Below are positions 9,397-20,331 of a DNA stretch of 64,000 nucleotides, piece by piece. Position 1 is the stretch's first letter. Each line of letters begins with the position of its first letter. Made by a program: the position numbers and the translations under genes. Where the stretch lies: IMG/VR virus record IMGVR_UViG_3300035698_015907. One strand, written 5' to 3'. Source of the stretch: a virus. The notes under the pieces were generated by a model. The model ran no database searches. It saw nothing but the letters and a program-made list of their open reading frames with translations, and had not been told where the DNA came from.

Positions 9397-12300
9397 TATT
9401 TAGCTCCTCTTATTTTTCCAGCAACATAGCAAAGTGGTTCTAGAATTAATCTATAAATTCTTCCTTCTAAGTCCATTTTTCCTTTTTTCATTTTCCAAAG
9501 ATCTGATGTTCTTTTTCTAGCAATTCTCTCACCAACAGTTCTTATCATCTTTACATGAATGCTATCTTTAGCATCTGACCTATAAACATAGTCAACTAGT
9601 GGTAAGAATACAGCATGATAACCTGCTTCATGTTCTGGTTTCATATATTTAGCAGAATGTTCTAGCCAAATAGAATTTCTGAAACTACCAAACCCGTATG
9701 ATTCATTCATAGCAGTACATACAATTTTATTACTACCTTTATTATAATTGTTATTATTTTTATTACTTTCTTCTTTTACTTTATAAGTTTGACTCTTGAA
9801 GTGATCAGGAGCAACAATAAGCATTCCAAAATAATCATTAGTTGGTGGCGGTGGCGGTGGTACAACTTCAGCCGGTTCTGTTGCTAAATTCTGTGAAACA
9901 AGTTCAATAGAAGTATATGGTGAAGAAGTAGCATCGCCCTCATGAACAACGTTGAATGATACAATAGCAGGAATTGCAAAACTTTGCAATAGAGAAGCAT
10001 TGTATTCAGGACTTTTAAGTTCTGTATTATCTTTATTATCATAATCATCAACGAAGAAACCATATTTGAATCTGTCAATGCTTGGTGATACAGAGCTTGG
10101 AATTATACGATCTTTTAGAGAAGTTTCTACCGCTGTAAGACCGATATAATATTCAATATCAGAAATTCTTCTTTCTAGCGCGCCAATATCATATTCAGTA
10201 TAAGCTTTTGGCTGTTCTCTATCTAAATCTTCGTTGTTGAACAGAGAACGTATCTTTTTGCCTTCTACTCTTCTTGTGTTGTACTTATTGCTTCCAACAT
10301 TAGTGTAGATTACATCAAAGACAGCATTAGAAACTCTCTCAGGGAGCGCTGGATAAGAAGGTATTAATATATCATTAAGCTTCATAGTTCCAGTTGGAAC
10401 TCTTGGGCTAGTATATTCTCCCGGAGTTCCATTAATAACATTGAATTTCCCATTCTTATCAATAGTAATACTGTCAATTCTTGGTAAGAAATATTCAATA
10501 TCATGTGTGTATATTGAATCAGGAACTGGAAAATATCTATCAGTAGCAGAAAATGCAACAGTGTTAGCTGGATTTATTGTGACTTCTGCAGTATTAGAAG
10601 TTATATTAGCAGTTGCTGCAACATATGGTCTAAAATCAACTGAGCTGATTAAATCATAATACAAGCCTTTGTCATCAAATATTTCTGGTACTTCAAAAGT
10701 ATTAATTGTAGAACTTAAATCTGCAAGAGCTTTAGAATCTTCTGTATATCTAGTAGCTTTATTAGATGATACATACGATGCAACCGTATAGAAACCAGGT
10801 GATGCAGTAAATGCATCATATTCTACTAATAGATAATCATCATCAGTAAGAAGAGTACTTGAGAGATTCTTCTTGTACAAATAACCTAGATTGTAATAAT
10901 TTGACGTCTGATTATGATCAATAAAGAATTCATCAGTAACAGTTGAGCTTGCAGTATCTACAGAAGAATTACCTTTGTAAACTGCACGCAGTCTGAATAT
11001 GTCTGGAATACCTAAACACCAAGGACCTATAGTACTTGAGTTATTGTTAGCTAACCTAATCTTAACCAATTGATTTCTATTAGGAGTTTTTGCCGTTGGC
11101 GTAGGATCTGCAACACTTACATTATAAGACACAATAACGTCAGTATTAGATGCAGTACTTAAACTTTCACCTAAGTTGATATTCAAAACTGCATCTGAAG
11201 AAGCAGTATTAACTACATAATTAGAATTGTATGATAGCTGAATTGGAACATTCCCCGGCCAGGCTAGTTTAGCATCTATACCAGCTTGGGTGAAATTAGA
11301 ATTAGCATCTATAGTTAGAAGACTATTGTTTGTTACTGATACAACTCTTCTAATATCATTATTAGAAGCACCACCATATAGATTGATGTATTGACCAGTC
11401 TTAATTTCAGAAAGGAATGTAGTACCAACACCAGTAACGTTAGCACTTGTTGTTGCAACATTTACTGTTCCGGTTAGATTTGCTTGAGCATATATGTTAG
11501 CAGCTGGCGCAAGAAATATTTCTAACTTCTGAGAATCAGAAAGTGTTCCAGTATAAGGGAATGTCTTATTTGGATCACCAACAAGTGATATTGTAACAAT
11601 ACCAGTATTTGCTATTTCTTGAGTATCATCAGTAGTCTTATATTCATACGTGATATTGTTTGAATTTAAGGGAGACTGGAAACCCGCATAAAATATAAGT
11701 GAATTATTTCTAGCAACTATTGATGATACTACAGCAGATGTAGTTGGATCAATTCCTGTAACAGTATCTGCGATACCATCGAAATTGCTGCCAGTCTGGT
11801 GTATTGCTCTAACATTTCTGAAGTTTGCACCAGAATTCATATTAACATCAAATAGATATAATCTGTAGACTGCTTCTGGTGTTCCAGGAGTACCTTGTTC
11901 TAATGCTAGATTTCTTATTCTAGCTTCACCAATTTTTGTACCAGACGGATTAGTGTTAGCATCTGCAATATTATCATTGTTGCTGAGAAATGCTTTTTGT
12001 GTATCGTATAGGTCTACAGTAGCAGCTTGATCGAATTCAAACATTCCACCAAGTTCATTAATACGAACATAGTTCTCATAATTTAGCGAAACTCTAGCAG
12101 AAGGTTCAATACGAGTTTCGAGAGCTTTGTCGCTAGTCTCTGAATAATTAGTTAAAGTTTGAACTTTACGACCATCAATATAAGCACTTCCCGGATCAAT
12201 TACTATATTGATAGTATTAGCAGATAGTGCAGAATTGCTTGGTGACGTAGTTGTTACCATAAATCGGTCAGTAGAAAAATCACCATGACCATCAGTAATA

Positions 12301-13892
12301 CCTTCAGCAATATGATCGCCTAGTACATTGTAGAAAGTTCTAGAATTCTGTTTATATGGATAACCATTTGACCATTCAACTATATTGAAGAATTCACTAT
12401 TAGCAGAAACAGTAGATATTGAGTTAACTACTAGATTAGCAGTTAACTTTATTCTATCAGCACCAGGAGCTGCAAAATTAGAAGATCCTGTAGCATTATC
12501 AAGCAGTGTAGTATCAATAGAAGAAGTTATGACTTCTTCGTTAGTAACAAAACCAACAGTTACAGAATCTGGAGATCTAGAATATTTGTCAACAATAATT
12601 ATCTGAGGATCAACTTTTATGAAATAACCCTTTTGATAGATAACACCTTCAGTAATACCAAAAGCATAACCTTCTCCTACTGAACCAGAAAGAGAAGAAA
12701 CTGTTATTTGAGAATGAAAATTCTTTGCTACAAGAGAAGCTGAAGTACCAGAAGTAGTTTTTACAGAAGATCTAGGAACCCTGTAATATCCAGTACCTTG
12801 GTTAGTAACCGAAATTCTTGAAATTCTTCCTGCAGAATCTGTTGTTACACTAGCAGCAGCATTCTGTCCAATATTTTCAACGATTTCAAATACACCAGAT
12901 GCAGTATTACTAACTACAGTATTACCAACTGTAAATGACCAATTCAATGAGTTAGCTGAAGTATTTGCAAGGTCAGCAGTAGTTGGTCTATATGTTACAT
13001 AAACATATGAATCCGTAGTATTTGCGTATGTAGCAGCTCCATTGGTGAATGAAATATTAGATGTTAAATTCATGAAGATATTATTTGTAACAGCATTAAT
13101 CTTCATCAAATCGTATGATGTAGAATTAGAATATATTGCTACATAATCGCCATTCGTAAAATCTGTTAGAAACGACGTAGATGTACCTTCAACATTAGAA
13201 GCAGATGAAACAGAAACAGAACCAGGAAGCATATTCCTAGGTAGTCTCGATGTTTGATCTTCTACGGCAGTAACAACTCCGTTAGCTCCAGATATAGAAT
13301 CTGTTAAATTGTCACCTACTGAAACAGATCCAGAATTTACATTCACTAATAGTTGTGGTGTAAGAACAACAACATCTGAATTAGTATATCCTGTACCAGA
13401 AGCAGATATTGTTAAGCTATGAATAGAATTATTTGAATCATACGCTGTTAGAACTTGACCCGCAGAAAACTTAGTTTCAGAATATGAATTTCCAGAACTT
13501 GTGTATTTTAGATATATGGTTTTAAGATCTGGATCGGTTGATTCAAAACCATCTTTGTAATTCATAACATACGCGGTTAAACCAGATTCATTTTTAACAA
13601 ACAAACCTTCATAATCTTCCGGGATAACATTCTGTCCTGCAACAGTAACATCTCGAATTTTAGCATATGGGTATCTGTTATAGAAGATGAAATTAACACC
13701 GTCTATAATAGTACCGCGCTTGAAAATATTATTTCCAAAACGTTCTATCTGTGTTTGGAACATAGTCTGGAGCTGGTTAAGCTCCCTTGTCTGCACAGCA
13801 ATACTAGGCTTAAAGCCTATTTTATAGAATTTTTTAGATTCGTCGTAATCATCATGATATGGTGATACGGAGATGTCTGTTTCTAGTGGCAA
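9396..13892 (-). CDS. VrlC/DUF4815-like large virion structural protein, N-terminal part
   Basis: SPYHDDYDE..FKPSIAVQTRELNQLQ, APGADRIK, RISDIEYY..DRFKYGFFVDDY; directly after gp8; TTG start. Confidence 0.85.
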   Translation of the reverse strand: MPLETDISVSPYHDDYDESKKFYKIGFKPSIAVQTRELNQLQTMFQTQIERFGNNIFKRGTIIDGVNFIFYNRYPYAKIRDVTVAGQNVIPEDYEGLFVKNESGLTAYVMNYKDGFESTDPDLKTIYLKYTSSGNSYSETKFSAGQVLTAYDSNNSIHSLTISASGTGYTNSDVVVLTPQLLVNVNSGSVSVGDNLTDSISGANGVVTAVEDQTSRLPRNMLPGSVSVSSASNVEGTSTSFLTDFTNGDYVAIYSNSTSYDLMKINAVTNNIFMNLTSNISFTNGAATYANTTDSYVYVTYRPTTADLANTSANSLNWSFTVGNTVVSNTASGVFEIVENIGQNAAASVTTDSAGRISRISVTNQGTGYYRVPRSSVKTTSGTSASLVAKNFHSQITVSSLSGSVGEGYAFGITEGVIYQKGYFIKVDPQIIIVDKYSRSPDSVTVGFVTNEEVITSSIDTTLLDNATGSSNFAAPGADRIKLTANLVVNSISTVSANSEFFNIVEWSNGYPYKQNSRTFYNVLGDHIAEGITDGHGDFSTDRFMVTTTSPSNSALSANTINIVIDPGSAYIDGRKVQTLTNYSETSDKALETRIEPSARVSLNYENYVRINELGGMFEFDQAATVDLYDTQKAFLSNNDNIADANTNPSGTKIGEARIRNLALEQGTPGTPEAVYRLYLFDVNMNSGANFRNVRAIHQTGSNFDGIADTVTGIDPTTSAVVSSIVARNNSLIFYAGFQSPLNSNNITYEYKTTDDTQEIANTGIVTISLVGDPNKTFPYTGTLSDSQKLEIFLAPAANIYAQANLTGTVNVATTSANVTGVGTTFLSEIKTGQYINLYGGASNNDIRRVVSVTNNSLLTIDANSNFTQAGIDAKLAWPGNVPIQLSYNSNYVVNTASSDAVLNINLGESLSTASNTDVIVSYNVSVADPTPTAKTPNRNQLVKIRLANNNSSTIGPWCLGIPDIFRLRAVYKGNSSVDTASSTVTDEFFIDHNQTSNYYNLGYLYKKNLSSTLLTDDDYLLVEYDAFTASPGFYTVASYVSSNKATRYTEDSKALADLSSTINTFEVPEIFDDKGLYYDLISSVDFRPYVAATANITSNTAEVTINPANTVAFSATDRYFPVPDSIYTHDIEYFLPRIDSITIDKNGKFNVINGTPGEYTSPRVPTGTMKLNDILIPSYPALPERVSNAVFDVIYTNVGSNKYNTRRVEGKKIRSLFNNEDLDREQPKAYTEYDIGALERRISDIEYYIGLTAVETSLKDRIIPSSVSPSIDRFKYGFFVDDYDNKDNTELKSPEYNASLLQSFAIPAIVSFNVVHEGDATSSPYTSIELVSQNLATEPAEVVPPPPPPTNDYFGMLIVAPDHFKSQTYKVKEESNKNNNNYNKGSNKIVCTAMNESYGFGSFRNSIWLEHSAKYMKPEHEAGYHAVFLPLVDYVYRSDAKDSIHVKMIRTVGERIARKRTSDLWKMKKGKMDLEGRIYRLILEPLCYVAGKIRGAK

Positions 13893-13903
13893 ATCAGTTT
13901 ATC

Positions 13904-15925
13904 CTAGAATTCAAATATGAACTTTATTGTTTCAGTTTGGCTTAGTGATCTTTCTACGGCTTCTATATTTTCAAGGTAGATTATCTCACCACTCATAAAA
14001 ATTAGTTCCGGATTATAATGAGTACTAAAAGATGCAACAGCTGCAGAATTTGCGCCTGTTACAGCTTCTCCTAACTCAAAAATACCAGTCGGTTTGATAA
14101 CATAAAAATCTGTATCATCTACTACCGAATGAAGTACAACATTTGATGAACCTTGTGTTAAAAATTCATCTTCTACAAATGTACCAGATATTATACTTCC
14201 AATGTATTTATGGGTATTTATGAATGTCGAAAACCCTTTAGTTACACCAGATCTAGATATAGAATTCACGGTTGCTACTGCACCAGATGAATTTCCAATC
14301 AATATATCATTAGTTTCTAAAACACCTTCAACATTTGTTAATGTGATTGTTGTAGTATTTGATGTTACTACATTAGATACTGTTGATACATTAGGTATAT
14401 AAAAACTTACACCATCTTGAGAAAATGCAGCATTAGAATCTAGAACCATGTGTGAAGAATTTGTTACTGCATTTACAACACCTATAAAACTGTTGTTTCC
14501 AGCAGCTTCTGACACGTTATAAGAGAAGAATACCTTATCACCAGCAGTAAATTGATTATCTAAATCTGCTGTTGCGGCAGTTACTGTTGTAGATGTTGAT
14601 AGTATATTAGCATCTAAACCAACTCTAACTGGAGCTATTTCATAAACAGTTTCATTCTCAATAAATGTTCCAGATGCATTTGATGTACTTATAATAACAT
14701 TAGAAAACTTTGGATCTTTGATAATACCAACAGTTCTAAAATCATTTTCAACTAAAACTGCATTAGATTCAGTATTAGAAAACGATATTGACATTCCTAA
14801 TGCAGTAGCACCTAATTCTAATTCTGTATTAGCTCCATGACCATTATATGGTGAATTTATCACTCTTAATGTAGCATTAGATACTGAAATTTCAGGAGCA
14901 GAATAAGCATTAGCAACAGCAGTTTTATATCCAAGACCGTTGTTTAGCATTTCTATACTATTAACAGTGTTAGTTGATGTATTAACTGTTGCACGAGCTA
15001 CAGCGTTTGATGTTTGAGATCCATCACCAACTATAATAACTCCTGGATATATGTCATATACAGCAGCTACGCCCAGAGAATTAGCAAAAGCATTTTCGAC
15101 TACTATTGCTTTATTTGTAGAATTAACATAATAATCTGTTATTTTATTATACTGGCCAGTTTCGTTATTATTTCCGCCTTTTATGTAGATATAACATCCA
15201 TTATAAAAATCGTTAGCAGATGAAGCACTAGTATTTCCTGATATATCATAGATTAAATTATTACCATCTAATCTTAATGATCCACCAGCAAACATATTAT
15301 TCCCAGATAGATAATTAGAATAACCAGTTCCTCCAGATTCAACAACAATGTTATCAATTGAACCAACACGAACATATGTTTCTACTGAAGTATTCGCAAT
15401 CGCGGGAAACCAACTAGAAGTTGCAAATTTAGCTACAATAGAATTATTAACAGTGAACATATATTTCCACTTGTATCCATCTGAAGTTTCATAATATGGA
15501 TCAGATTCAGATACAGAGTCGAAATTAGGTTCTATTGTTGAAGCAATACCTTCTGCGTTGTAAATACATTTGTATGTATGATAAAGAGCTCCTGCATTAA
15601 CAGTAGCATAAAATTCTTTTGTATGAATATCGCCATCTGTATCATCAAATTGAACATATGATGTATTACTAGTCCAATCATGGCGCGGTATTAAGAGATT
15701 AACATCACTCGAAGTTATTCTTTTTCCGAACACCATTTCTCTATAAACAGATCTAATATAAGATTCACTGTCTTCTGGAGTTTCAATGATAGTATCATCA
15801 TCGTCATATTCTTGTGGCTTCCCCACAAATGCATAGTAAGCAGTATTAGAAAGTTCATCAACTGACTCTAATCTCTGTGTAGCCCCGTGCAGTCCGTGCG
15901 ATATAGTAAGTTTCTTTTCTGTCAT
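13904..15925 (-). CDS. gp8: baseplate wedge subunit gp8-like
   Basis: YKCIYN..STIEP..DGYKWKYMF, GHGAN, NDFRTVGIIKDP, C-terminal SGEIIYLEN..ETIKFIFEF. Confidence 0.85.
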   Translation of the reverse strand: MTEKKLTISHGLHGATQRLESVDELSNTAYYAFVGKPQEYDDDDTIIETPEDSESYIRSVYREMVFGKRITSSDVNLLIPRHDWTSNTSYVQFDDTDGDIHTKEFYATVNAGALYHTYKCIYNAEGIASTIEPNFDSVSESDPYYETSDGYKWKYMFTVNNSIVAKFATSSWFPAIANTSVETYVRVGSIDNIVVESGGTGYSNYLSGNNMFAGGSLRLDGNNLIYDISGNTSASSANDFYNGCYIYIKGGNNNETGQYNKITDYYVNSTNKAIVVENAFANSLGVAAVYDIYPGVIIVGDGSQTSNAVARATVNTSTNTVNSIEMLNNGLGYKTAVANAYSAPEISVSNATLRVINSPYNGHGANTELELGATALGMSISFSNTESNAVLVENDFRTVGIIKDPKFSNVIISTSNASGTFIENETVYEIAPVRVGLDANILSTSTTVTAATADLDNQFTAGDKVFFSYNVSEAAGNNSFIGVVNAVTNSSHMVLDSNAAFSQDGVSFYIPNVSTVSNVVTSNTTTITLTNVEGVLETNDILIGNSSGAVATVNSISRSGVTKGFSTFINTHKYIGSIISGTFVEDEFLTQGSSNVVLHSVVDDTDFYVIKPTGIFELGEAVTGANSAAVASFSTHYNPELIFMSGEIIYLENIEAVERSLSQTETIKFIFEF

Positions 15926-18523
15926 TTACTCTTCCGTTATGGTTGTGCTCGCAGTCGAGGCAACATTAGATACAGACTCTAATATAAATCTACTAAAGAC
16001 TTTTGTACCAGCCATATGTATAACATTTTTGAGAATATCAACATATTTTTGAAGCTGCACACTTGAATTTACTTCATAAGAAAAATCTTGATAATAAAAG
16101 CCATCATGAAGTCTTTTTTCTCCACTAAGTACGCTGTTATTATATCTATAATATCCTTCAGAAGTTCCATATGAACTTAATACTGTTTTTATAGTTCCAG
16201 GCAGCAAACCATCTTTTACGAAGGTTACATTTTCAAGATCATCATAAGCAAAACCTGAATCAAGCATATCAAATTCTGTTACTGAACCTGCTTGTGCTGA
16301 AGTATTAGCTAAAACAATTCCATTAATTCCTGCAACATTGCTTGTTAAGTCAATAACAACATCAACAAGAGATGCTTCTGATCCGCTGGTATCACCAACA
16401 ATATTAGCAGTCGAAGTTATATCATCAATAGAAATTCTTTGAACATACAAAATACTAGAATTAGAATTAGATTTAACTATTCCCATTTCTATACTATCTT
16501 GTAGTATAACTTCACCAATATTAAAGTTTCCTGTTGATGCATTAATATTTAGGATAAAATCTTTCTTACCAAAATCATATATTAGTGGTTCATAAATTAT
16601 TACATATGGTGCAGTATCATAATCAGCACCATCAGAAGTAACAACTATTCCACTAATCTTTCCTACTGATACATTAACGTGTGTTAACGCATCATCAATT
16701 ATTGTATTGCCATCTTCTTCGCCGGGAGGTGGGAAACCATAATCTGAAACATCAAGATCAACACCGAGATAATCTTGAATTTTGTCTGTGTTGATTTGTA
16801 CGGTTTTTTCATACAAGAAAGTATTAACTAAATCAAAATCAGCACTGGAGCCAGCTCCAATTCTAGAAATATAACCAGTAGCATTTGAACTTAAGCTTAT
16901 AATGAAATTTCCGTTTGAAACTACAAATGAATTCTCAACATTTATAACACCAATATCTGTAGTAACATTTGTTATATTAGCTTCTGCTGTAGAATTACTA
17001 CTTAAAAGTGTGAAAGTCTGATCAAATCTACCTCTATAATTTTCGATGGAAATAGTAGCATTTGAACCGTTGTATGATACAACTCTAATATTTCCATTAC
17101 CAACATTCTGACTATTAGCATCTAGCACATAAACAAATTCGCCATTTGCAAATCTAGATGCTCCAGTCATCATGCCTTCGATGGTAGCATTAGCTGAATA
17201 CTTTATTAGATTACCAGATGCTGTAACATCAGTGAATGATATAACATTTGCATAATAATCAGTCCCATCTATATGTAGAGGTGAACTATCTTCTGTGAAA
17301 ACTAAATTGCCATCTTCATATGACATATCAGGAAGACTGTAGATATAACCATCTTCTGTTAGTGTAATACCATCTGTAACTAGATTAAAACCGGCTTCAT
17401 CAATAAGATTAAAACCGGCTTCATCAATCAAATCATGTTCTGTGTCAGTTTTTCCGTCTGTTATAGCTAATAGAATATAACCAGCTGAAGAATTTGTTGC
17501 ATTGATTGATAATACTGTTCCTTTAGAATAAATTAAATCATCAGAAGGATCTAATTTAACAAGTATATCACCAACCGCAACACTGCCTCCAGTCAAATCT
17601 TGGTATTGAACATTAACCATTGGCTGCGCAATAGTTTCAAACCGACTTAAATTGTTTCCATCATATACTAAGTCAGATATTGTAAGCATATTCTCAGCAA
17701 TAAGAATTTGCGAACTAGAATTATAACCCCAACCCCCATCTTCAAGAGCAAATGAAACTTTTCCAGTTACTGAAGAAATATCAGTAACACGTGCTATAGC
17801 ATCAATACCATTTTTTGGAGATGTAATATTAACTGAATCTCCGATTGCATAACCATATGATCCATCTACAACTATGAGATCGTTAACAGAGCCTCTTATG
17901 ATAGGACCAATAACACCAGATAATTTGTTTCTAACTTTTTCACCGCTTTCAAATTCACCTACTATACTATTAAGATAATAGAGGTGGGTGTAAAAACCAG
18001 AATCAGCTGAGCGTTTTTTAACATACTTTTCAACAAAAGCTGTTGCGCCAGAATTTATTCCTTCTATTTCAACACCAATAAACTCTTTGATGTTATCAGA
18101 TACAAAAAGTTCTAGATATTGTGGTCGAACCCACATACCATCAGAAGTCTTGAAAACATCATCTCCAGGATAGTATATTGTAGCAGGTTCACCAAAAATA
18201 GATCTAAAAAATAGATCAACTGATCTTTCGGTTCCTTTGGATCTATATAAATCTAAGCTGTGTTTTACTAAGCTTCTTGTATCAACAACAGTCTCGAACT
18301 GAATGCTATTAAGATACTTATTTTTAAAGTGAATAAGAAAATCATCTATAGTAGTATCAATATCATTGTATTCAAGTAACCTTCTTGAATGATAAAGGAC
18401 ATTATCTTCCTCCATCCACTCATAGTAGGTTTTTACGAACTCAATAAATCTCGGTCCTTCCTCAGCATAAAAAGCCGGGAATTGTGACTCAATAAGATTT
18501 GATATTGTTTTCTCTATAGTCAT
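15926..18523 (-). CDS. gp7: baseplate wedge initiator gp7-like
   Basis: QFPAFY..FIEFVKTYYEW, LYRSKGTERS..SDGMW, LHDGFYYQDFSYEV..HMAGTKVF. Confidence 0.85.
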   Translation of the reverse strand: MTIEKTISNLIESQFPAFYAEEGPRFIEFVKTYYEWMEEDNVLYHSRRLLEYNDIDTTIDDFLIHFKNKYLNSIQFETVVDTRSLVKHSLDLYRSKGTERSVDLFFRSIFGEPATIYYPGDDVFKTSDGMWVRPQYLELFVSDNIKEFIGVEIEGINSGATAFVEKYVKKRSADSGFYTHLYYLNSIVGEFESGEKVRNKLSGVIGPIIRGSVNDLIVVDGSYGYAIGDSVNITSPKNGIDAIARVTDISSVTGKVSFALEDGGWGYNSSSQILIAENMLTISDLVYDGNNLSRFETIAQPMVNVQYQDLTGGSVAVGDILVKLDPSDDLIYSKGTVLSINATNSSAGYILLAITDGKTDTEHDLIDEAGFNLIDEAGFNLVTDGITLTEDGYIYSLPDMSYEDGNLVFTEDSSPLHIDGTDYYANVISFTDVTASGNLIKYSANATIEGMMTGASRFANGEFVYVLDANSQNVGNGNIRVVSYNGSNATISIENYRGRFDQTFTLLSSNSTAEANITNVTTDIGVINVENSFVVSNGNFIISLSSNATGYISRIGAGSSADFDLVNTFLYEKTVQINTDKIQDYLGVDLDVSDYGFPPPGEEDGNTIIDDALTHVNVSVGKISGIVVTSDGADYDTAPYVIIYEPLIYDFGKKDFILNINASTGNFNIGEVILQDSIEMGIVKSNSNSSILYVQRISIDDITSTANIVGDTSGSEASLVDVVIDLTSNVAGINGIVLANTSAQAGSVTEFDMLDSGFAYDDLENVTFVKDGLLPGTIKTVLSSYGTSEGYYRYNNSVLSGEKRLHDGFYYQDFSYEVNSSVQLQKYVDILKNVIHMAGTKVFSRFILESVSNVASTASTTITEE
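17382..17428. repeat. 24-bp-period tandem duplication inside gp7 (encodes LIDEAGFN x2)
   Basis: agattaaaaccggcttcatcaat at 17382-17404 and 17406-17428. Confidence 0.9.
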
Positions 18524-18525
18524 TA

Positions 18526-20331
18526 TTAAGAAGGATCGCTCCTAGTAGCTACTACTGATATATCAAGAAGTGATGCTTCAATATCAAGTATAATATTTTC
18601 TTTAGTGTCAAAATCTTTGTATTCAGTTATTGCATATAATCTTATATACTGTTCTCCTACTGGCAAACCATCTACTCGCATGTTTACAAGCTGAATATCA
18701 CCAGTATTATAATTTACCGTACCAATATTAGGAAGAACCGTTACAACATCATTATTTAGATCTTTAACAAGTCTAAGAATGCCTTCTCCATTATCATCAA
18801 TATGAACACTTTCACCGTTATATGTGAAGGTAGAAGACGAAACTGCAACCAAATCATCTGAGCTATATGTATTATCAAGTAATGAACCAGAATCAGATAG
18901 TGCAACACCGAACGCTATATCTAAATCGAAATTAACACCTATTATTGGTATGAACTTCTTGTAAATCTTTATATCAGTATCGTTGCTTAATATAGCAGCA
19001 TTAGAAATATCATCAATAGCAGCAATAAACTTAGAATATTTGAATGAGGCTTTAAAATCATTCAAATTAGTCTGATGATATGTAATGATTTTATTAGCTA
19101 CTAATGATTTTACTTGCTCTGGACTTATATCTGTTTCATTCACATTATATTTAACAATAGATTCTACACTATAATACAAAAATTCTGGTTCAACAAACTG
19201 AGTGCTTATTGAAATCGGCGCTCTTGGTTTTATGAAATTAGTATATTCATCAATTTTCGGCTGTGGAAGACCTGCAATATCTGATATATCAACTGATATG
19301 AAAACTTTACCATATTGAGGAGGGTTAATATCTTCACCACCGTATGCAGACAGAAGATTGATTTCTGGAAAACGCTGCTTTAGCAGAATTTCATAGTCTG
19401 TTACATTAATAGCTCTTTCCTGAATTTGGAAATATCTAGGTGCATAGAATTTAATTGATTCAATAGTTTCTGCTGCAGCGCCGCCTGATCCGACAGATAT
19501 AGTTTCAACTGTTGGTGTAGTAGTAAATGTAGTAAATGCTTGATCAAGAAAGAATCTTGATGCACCATTGCCATCAGTTTCATGGCATGTTCTATATTGT
19601 ATTGATACTACCGAATTATCCTTCGGACGACGCCCGAGAATACCATCACCAAATATGATTTCATATTTTCCATCTTCAATGCCCTGAATGAAGAATATTT
19701 TTGATGTATCTGTCAAATCAAGAGTTGTTGATGTTGCGGTGAATGTAGTATTAGAACCAGTATTATCTTCGATAACTGTAACACTAATACTTCTAGTATC
19801 TACTAGGGGATCGTTTATAACAAATCTTTGATTTAGGTTGTTGTAATTAACAATATATCTTTCATTATTATACTTGCCTTCATACACAGAAATATTAGAT
19901 GCTGTAAAAGAACCGTTTGTAGAAAATTGAACACTATCTGATTCTGTGACAAAGGTTAAAAGACTAGAACCCACTGTTGTAGTAAATGATGTACCTTTTG
20001 GAATAGTAACAATATTACTATCTGATCCGAATGTCATAGAAACGACAGCTTTTGCGGACCTTGCAGATCGAGGTAGATAATTAAGCTCTTTAGCATGAGA
20101 TACTGCAGAATTTCTTAGCTGCGATGAATCAAGATATGATTCATTCACAACCATGTTCATATAGAATGCATTGTGGAAAGTATTGTATGCTAGAATATCT
20201 AACAGCACACTAATATTTGATCCTTCAAAATCATAATCCGAAAATGATGGTTGTGCTTTTAGATAGGTCTTGAGATTAGACCTCATAGTATCAAAATCTA
20301 ATGATACTAAGTTAATACTAGAATTTGCCAA
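18526..20331 (-). CDS. gp6: baseplate wedge subunit gp6
   Basis: LDFD..LKTYLK..FSDYDFEGS..LLDILAYNT, FGDGILG, ETIESIKFYAPR, GGEDINPPQYGKVFI. Confidence 0.95.
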   Translation of the reverse strand: MANSSINLVSLDFDTMRSNLKTYLKAQPSFSDYDFEGSNISVLLDILAYNTFHNAFYMNMVVNESYLDSSQLRNSAVSHAKELNYLPRSARSAKAVVSMTFGSDSNIVTIPKGTSFTTTVGSSLLTFVTESDSVQFSTNGSFTASNISVYEGKYNNERYIVNYNNLNQRFVINDPLVDTRSISVTVIEDNTGSNTTFTATSTTLDLTDTSKIFFIQGIEDGKYEIIFGDGILGRRPKDNSVVSIQYRTCHETDGNGASRFFLDQAFTTFTTTPTVETISVGSGGAAAETIESIKFYAPRYFQIQERAINVTDYEILLKQRFPEINLLSAYGGEDINPPQYGKVFISVDISDIAGLPQPKIDEYTNFIKPRAPISISTQFVEPEFLYYSVESIVKYNVNETDISPEQVKSLVANKIITYHQTNLNDFKASFKYSKFIAAIDDISNAAILSNDTDIKIYKKFIPIIGVNFDLDIAFGVALSDSGSLLDNTYSSDDLVAVSSSTFTYNGESVHIDDNGEGILRLVKDLNNDVVTVLPNIGTVNYNTGDIQLVNMRVDGLPVGEQYIRLYAITEYKDFDTKENIILDIEASLLDISVVATRSDPS

